From Candidatus Tepidiaquacella proteinivora (GTDB lineage Bacteria; Bacteroidota; Ignavibacteria; Tepidaquicellales; Tepidaquicellaceae): DNA of 64,000 nt. The position numbers were made by a program, and so were the translations under genes. Location: assembly GCA_013348845.1 (NCBI GenBank), contig CP054675.1:746419-810418 (forward strand). Direction: 5' to 3'. Below, piece after piece: positions 59,300 through 64,000 of this stretch. Positions within the stretch are counted from its first letter, which is position 1, and every line of letters begins with the position of its first letter. The notes under the pieces are model-generated. The model worked only from the letters and a program-made list of their open reading frames with translations, made no database searches and was not told the origin of the DNA.

Positions 59300-60616
59300 T
59301 TGGAATTATTTAATGACATAGAAAAAACTAATAAATACATACCTCTTGCTGAAAGAATGAGGCCAAAATCTCTTGAAGAATTTGCAGGACAGGAACATTT
59401 AATCGGAAAAGATAAACCAATTAGATTAATGATAGAGAAAAATGAACCTGTATCAATGATTTTATGGGGTCCACCAGGGGTTGGGAAAACAACTCTTGCA
59501 ATATTAGTTGCTGAACAAACTAATACAAATTTTATACAACTCTCATCAGTTTCAGCAGGGGTAAAAGATGTAAGAAATGCAATCGAAAAAGCAAAGTTCC
59601 TTAGAAACAGAGAAGGTAAAAAAACAATATTATTTATAGACGAAATACATAGATTTAATAAAGCACAACAGGATTCATTATTACATAGTGTAGAAAAAGG
59701 AATAATCATTTTGATTGGAGCAACTACAGAGAACCCTTCATTTGAAGTTATATCTCCCCTTCTATCAAGATGTCGCTTATATATACTTGAAGAATTAAGA
59801 TATAAAGATTTTAAAAAAATTCTTAAAAATACTCTTGAAAAAGATATTCTGTTTAAAAATAAAAATATAACAATAGAAGATGATAAATTCTTAATCCGAA
59901 TGTGTGGTGGTGATGCCAGGAAATTATTGAATGCACTTGAATTTGCCATCAAAATTACAAAACCAAAACAAAAAAACACTTACATTATTACAAATGAAAT
60001 TATAAAGGAAGTATTCCAGACCAGATATATTAAATATGATAAAAATTTAGAAGAACATTATAATATAATTTCTGCATTCATCAAAAGTATCAGAGGAAGT
60101 GACCCTGATGCTGCTGTATATTGGTTAGGCAGAATGCTAAAAGGTGGTGAAGATCCGAAATTTATCGCGCGAAGAATGATAATACTTGCTTCAGAAGATA
60201 TAGGAAATGCAGACCCATACGCAATAACTCTTGCAGTTAGTACATTTACTGCTGTTGACTACATAGGTATGCCGGAAGCGAGAATAGTATTATCACAATG
60301 TGCTACATATTTAGCAAGTTGTCCAAAAAGTAACGCTTCATATTTAGCAATTGAAAATGCGATGAACGATGTTGAAAAGAACCCTGATTATGAAGTGCCA
60401 TTACATTTGAGAAATGCTCCTACTAAACTGATGGGAGAACTTGGTTACGGAAAAGAATATAAATATGCGCACGATTATGAGGAGCATTATATAGAGCAAC
60501 AATACTTACCAGATGAATTAAAAGATAAAGTCTATTATAAGCCGACAGATTTAGGTCGCGAGGAAAAAATTAAACAAAGATTAAAATCACTAAATCCAAA
60601 GAAGAAAAGAGATTAA
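59300..60616 (+). CDS. rarA: replication-associated recombination protein A
   Basis: PLAERMRP, Walker A GPPGVGKTT, FIDEIHRFNK and the C-terminal MgsA domain (DPDAAVYWL, ASEDIGNADP). It has a TTG start. Confidence 0.92.
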   Translation: MELFNDIEKTNKYIPLAERMRPKSLEEFAGQEHLIGKDKPIRLMIEKNEPVSMILWGPPGVGKTTLAILVAEQTNTNFIQLSSVSAGVKDVRNAIEKAKFLRNREGKKTILFIDEIHRFNKAQQDSLLHSVEKGIIILIGATTENPSFEVISPLLSRCRLYILEELRYKDFKKILKNTLEKDILFKNKNITIEDDKFLIRMCGGDARKLLNALEFAIKITKPKQKNTYIITNEIIKEVFQTRYIKYDKNLEEHYNIISAFIKSIRGSDPDAAVYWLGRMLKGGEDPKFIARRMIILASEDIGNADPYAITLAVSTFTAVDYIGMPEARIVLSQCATYLASCPKSNASYLAIENAMNDVEKNPDYEVPLHLRNAPTKLMGELGYGKEYKYAHDYEEHYIEQQYLPDELKDKVYYKPTDLGREEKIKQRLKSLNPKKKRD

Positions 60617-61470
60617 CTAAATATATAAGAAGGTCTCCTGAATCCTAAAGATTTTGCATAAACAACTATAATTTTATATTCATCAGGATATATTCTTCTG
60701 TTAATTTCCGGAATAAGATAGGATTTATAAGAAGGATAATATTGAGCCATCAGATTCAGGTAAGTATTTGTGCCTAATTTTTCCGCAATAAAATTTATTA
60801 CCTCAAATGAATCAGAATAATTTTCCGGCATTATCAGATGTCTGATTAATAATCCCCTCTTTGCTATTCCCTTATCTATAATTAAATCCCCTACCTGTTT
60901 ATGCATCTCTAATATTGCTAATGAAGCAAAATCAAAATAATTTTTTGCAGTTGTAAGTATTTCAGCAGAAGTATTTCTAAAAAACTTTAAATCCGGCATA
61001 AAAATATCAACTAATCCATTCAATTTATTTAATGTTTCAACTTTCTCGAAAGCGTTGGAATTCCATACTATAGGTAATGTAAGACCTTCTGCTTTTGCAA
61101 TCTTAATAGCATCAATAATTTGCAATGTAAAATGTGTAGGAGTAACAAAATTTATATTTTGGCATTTGCTATGCTGAAGTTCGAGCATTATATCTGCTAA
61201 TTCTCTGACAGATATTTCATAACCTTGATTGAGATGACTAATCTCATAATTTTGACAAAAAATACAGAGCAAATTACAACCAGAGAAAAAAATTGTCCCA
61301 GAACCACCCTTACCAACAAGTTCAGGTTCTTCACCAAAGTGAGCAAAATAAGAAGAAATTTTAACCTTAAAAGATGATTTACATAATCCTAAATCACCTT
61401 TTACTCTGTTTATATTACATTCATGAGGGCAAATATTACATCTTTCAAGAATTTCCAATAAAGAAACCAT
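60613..61470 (-). CDS. radical SAM protein, PflX-like (putative activating enzyme)
   Basis: CNLLCIFCQN is the CxxxCxxC radical SAM cluster motif, with an additional N-terminal CNICPHEC...C cluster. Confidence 0.85.
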   Translation of the reverse strand: MVSLLEILERCNICPHECNINRVKGDLGLCKSSFKVKISSYFAHFGEEPELVGKGGSGTIFFSGCNLLCIFCQNYEISHLNQGYEISVRELADIMLELQHSKCQNINFVTPTHFTLQIIDAIKIAKAEGLTLPIVWNSNAFEKVETLNKLNGLVDIFMPDLKFFRNTSAEILTTAKNYFDFASLAILEMHKQVGDLIIDKGIAKRGLLIRHLIMPENYSDSFEVINFIAEKLGTNTYLNLMAQYYPSYKSYLIPEINRRIYPDEYKIIVVYAKSLGFRRPSYIFS

Positions 61471-61472
61471 AA

Positions 61473-62426
61473 TTAATTTTTTATCAATGCTTTTATATAT
61501 TCAGGTATATCAGGTTCTCCATCAAAAAAATCATCTCCAAAACCTTTAGACCATGCCCATCTATGCAACCAGGATACACCTAAGTTTTTATAAAAGTCAT
61601 CTTTACTTTGATAACAAATATCCGTTAATGCTTCATCAATTGAAATAAAAGTATAGTTATTCTTAACATACATATTTAATAAGTTCCTTATAAAATAAGC
61701 ATTAATCAAATTAGCATGCAGGATTAAAATGTGTTTTATGTTATAACCAAACAACGCAATTGATTGCGACTCATAATATTTCAGGACATCTTCCATATAC
61801 TTAATATAATCACATCCAATTCTTGAAATCAGAGTATCATTATCCATAATTAAAGCTTTTTCTAATGCTAAAGAAAATAAATAATCATAATTATCTATTG
61901 TTACAGGTGCTTCTATATATCCCCTTTCTTTTAAAAAATTACTAAGCGAATCTGCTTTCTCTTTATTTTCACCTCTAAATAAATATGGATGTCTGAAATA
62001 TTTTAATTTCTGGTTTCTGTCTTTCAGTAAATCTTTCAAAATACTTTCCCCCTCTATTACATCTTTACAATATTCCTGAACTGTTATAGTAAAAATGTTT
62101 TTATGTGAATGTGTATGATTTGCCATTAACATTCCCGAGTCAAGCCATCTTTCAAGTAAAATAAGCTTACTGTAATTCAATCTGCCAAGTTCATAGAGCT
62201 TTGAAGTATTTACTGCACCAAGTGCTTTTATATTGAATTCTCTGAATGCTGATAACAGACTATCAATAATCATTTTGCCATATTTCACATCATTGTAATA
62301 TTTAGATACATAAGGCAAATCATCTACAGAAACAGAAATTTCTTTTCTTGATAAATCCTGAGAAAAACATTCTGTAAAAAATATTAAGGAAAGAAAAATA
62401 ATCTTTATTTTATAACATAATTTCAT
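61473..62426 (-). CDS. polysaccharide deacetylase (NodB homology) family protein, secreted
   Basis: Signal peptide, VSVDDLPY (the TFDD-type motif 1) and ANHTHSH (the H-S/T-xx-H motif 2). Confidence 0.78.
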   Translation of the reverse strand: MKLCYKIKIIFLSLIFFTECFSQDLSRKEISVSVDDLPYVSKYYNDVKYGKMIIDSLLSAFREFNIKALGAVNTSKLYELGRLNYSKLILLERWLDSGMLMANHTHSHKNIFTITVQEYCKDVIEGESILKDLLKDRNQKLKYFRHPYLFRGENKEKADSLSNFLKERGYIEAPVTIDNYDYLFSLALEKALIMDNDTLISRIGCDYIKYMEDVLKYYESQSIALFGYNIKHILILHANLINAYFIRNLLNMYVKNNYTFISIDEALTDICYQSKDDFYKNLGVSWLHRWAWSKGFGDDFFDGEPDIPEYIKALIKN

Positions 62427-62548
62427 TTTCTCTTTAAGTTGAATTTTCTACAAAATAACAAATAATAACTTTTTTTTTAATAACATATATAATAAATTTT
62501 CAGATATTAAAATTATTTACTTTATATTAAAAATTAATATTTAATTTT

Positions 62549-63019
62549 ATGAGTAAGTTTTTAAAATTGGTTTTCAGTATTGCAATTTGCCAAGTTATTG
62601 GAATTATATCCGGAGTTGCAACAAGAGAATCTGTTACAACATGGTACCAGGAACTAACCAAGCCATCATTCAATCCACCAAATTATATATTTGCTCCTGT
62701 CTGGATTATTCTTTATACACTTATGGGCATATCATTATTCTTAATATGGAAAGATGGTCTTGATAAGAATAATTCCAAGTTTGCATTTTATTTTTTTATT
62801 TTTCACCTTGTAATAAACGGTCTCTGGTCTTTTGTATTTTTCTGGTGGCAATCTTTGATGTTTTCCTTCTTCGTAATTACTATACTATGGATTATTATAA
62901 TTATTATTATTTATTTATTTTATAAACTAAATAAATTATCTTCAATATTACTTATACCATACTTATTATGGGTTAGTTATGCCTCAATTTTGAATTATTA
63001 TATCTGGAGGCTTAATTAA
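62549..63019 (+). CDS. tspO: TspO/MBR tryptophan-rich sensory protein
   Basis: Five TM helices, with WYQELTKPSFNPPNYIFAPVWIILY, LVINGLWSFVFF and PYLLWVSYA motifs. Confidence 0.9.
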   Translation: MSKFLKLVFSIAICQVIGIISGVATRESVTTWYQELTKPSFNPPNYIFAPVWIILYTLMGISLFLIWKDGLDKNNSKFAFYFFIFHLVINGLWSFVFFWWQSLMFSFFVITILWIIIIIIIYLFYKLNKLSSILLIPYLLWVSYASILNYYIWRLN

Positions 63020-63162
63020 TAAAAGATAATTTTTTATATAAATTGAAATTTATTACCTTTGATTATTGTTTTTTAAAAATAATATTATTATAATACTTAA
63101 ATAAATTATATAAGTTCTTTGAAATCTTAATAATTATTTTTAAAAATAAATTCTTAATCGCT

Positions 63163-64000
63163 ATGAAAAAAATCTTATCTATTCTCGGATTTATCATAGT
63201 AGGATTCCTTATTCTTACAGGACAATCCTATATACCAGATGATGCAACATCTGTAAAAATTGAAGTGAAAGAAATTTCACCATACATACCACTGGATTTA
63301 AAAAGACCAGTCAATAATATTCCTGTAATACTTTATTCTCCATTCGGGATAACTTCTGTAGGTCCTAACTTCAGACCTTATCCACACACAGCAACGCAAT
63401 CAGAAGTTGTCGGCTATTGTAATCCAAATGTACAAAATAAAGTAATTGCTGGATGGAATTCCTATGGTCCATCATTTTATGGAACAGGCTTCGGTTTATC
63501 CACAAATGGTGGCGTTAACTGGACCGGAAATTATACATTACCAGGTTTATCAGTAAACAGTGGAGACCCATCAGTCGTTGTTTCAAGTAACGGGAAAATT
63601 TATATGAATGCAATTGGTCCATCGTCAAGCACACAAGTTGTGACATGGAGTACTGACAACGGCGTAACCTGGGCTCCTTATGTGATTGCAGCACAAATTT
63701 CATCAAGTGTTGCTGATAAAAATCATATGACAATCGATGATAAAGCAACGAGTCCTTATTATAACTATTTATATCTTTCATTTACAGATTTCTCCAATTC
63801 TAATCAGCCATTGCGATTCGATCGTTCAACAAATGGTGGTGCTAATTGGGGAAACACTCAATATTTGACATCAACATTAGGATTTCGCTTTCAAGGTGTA
63901 AATATACATACAGGTCCTAATGGAGAAGTTTATATGGTATGGGCTACAAGAGATGCAGCATCTCCTTATACAGAAAGATATGTTGGTTTTGCTAAGTCAA
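63163..64000 (+). CDS. secreted BNR/Asp-box beta-propeller protein, 5' part (runs off window); paralogue of 51949..53445
   Basis: Hand translation from the ATG at 63163 gives MKKILSILGFIIVGFLILTGQSY...STNGGVNWTG...STDNGVTWAP...STNGGANWGN...YVGFAKS, with no stop before the window end. It is absent from the ORF track for that reason. Confidence 0.75.
   Translation, partial: MKKILSILGFIIVGFLILTGQSYIPDDATSVKIEVKEISPYIPLDLKRPVNNIPVILYSPFGITSVGPNFRPYPHTATQSEVVGYCNPNVQNKVIAGWNSYGPSFYGTGFGLSTNGGVNWTGNYTLPGLSVNSGDPSVVVSSNGKIYMNAIGPSSSTQVVTWSTDNGVTWAPYVIAAQISSSVADKNHMTIDDKATSPYYNYLYLSFTDFSNSNQPLRFDRSTNGGANWGNTQYLTSTLGFRFQGVNIHTGPNGEVYMVWATRDAASPYTERYVGFAKS

Noticed and set aside
59287-59979. 230-aa minus-strand ORF
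   Set aside because: It is antisense to rarA, which has unmistakable Walker A/B and MgsA motifs. The antisense product is low-complexity (Ser/Phe/Ile/Leu-rich), as is typical of shadow ORFs in AT-rich DNA.
60613-60616. Convergent rarA and the radical SAM gene overlap by 4 nt through a palindromic TTAA (TAA on both strands)
   Set aside because: This is a neat consequence of compact AT-rich genomes, with no evidence of function.
63515-63781. 88-aa minus-strand ORF
   Set aside because: It lies antisense within the Asp-box propeller gene that starts at 63163, and it has no motifs.

Overview
AT-rich bacterial chromosome segment. By hand count, housekeeping coding lines are roughly 25% G+C. It is densely packed, mostly on the minus strand, and consists mainly of core genes. 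These include ribB', yajC, tgt, rpmB, plsX, rpmF, yceD, gcvH, an LPS/glycosyltransferase-MsbA-O-antigen-ligase block, nadK, a nucleoside/sugar-type ABC importer, xerD, queD, ADP-forming acetyl-CoA synthetase, xth, lpd plus a fused E1 alpha/beta, dinB, ggt, nadE, dsbD, truA, ispE, fabH, clpC, dus, GH3 NagZ-like, pdxH, tRNA-Arg(TCT), tRNA-Gly(CCC), serC-like, rarA and tspO. Several secreted proteins carry C-terminal T9SS sorting domains (NYPNPFN...YFYRL...K), and some genes have clear AAGGAG Shine-Dalgarno sites. Together these suggest an FCB-group organism, possibly Ignavibacteria-like, but that is inference only. I saw no CRISPR array, transposase, phage genes or recognisable defence system. 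The only accessory-looking region is a surface-protein cluster at about 50.6-57.7 kb, with a paralogue starting at 63.2 kb, and it is visibly richer in G+C. It contains a two-gene unit: a five-module protein ending in a dockerin-like double EF-hand repeat, followed by a T9SS-sorted protein with an uncharacterised N-terminal domain. This is my best candidate for something undescribed, and it rests only on motif reading. Three ORF-integrity anomalies also stand out: a half-length ClpB, a BNR/T9SS gene split by a frame change, and a 7TM-HD gene with about 300 stop-free codons upstream of any ATG/GTG/TTG. They may reflect gene decay, non-canonical initiation or assembly errors.
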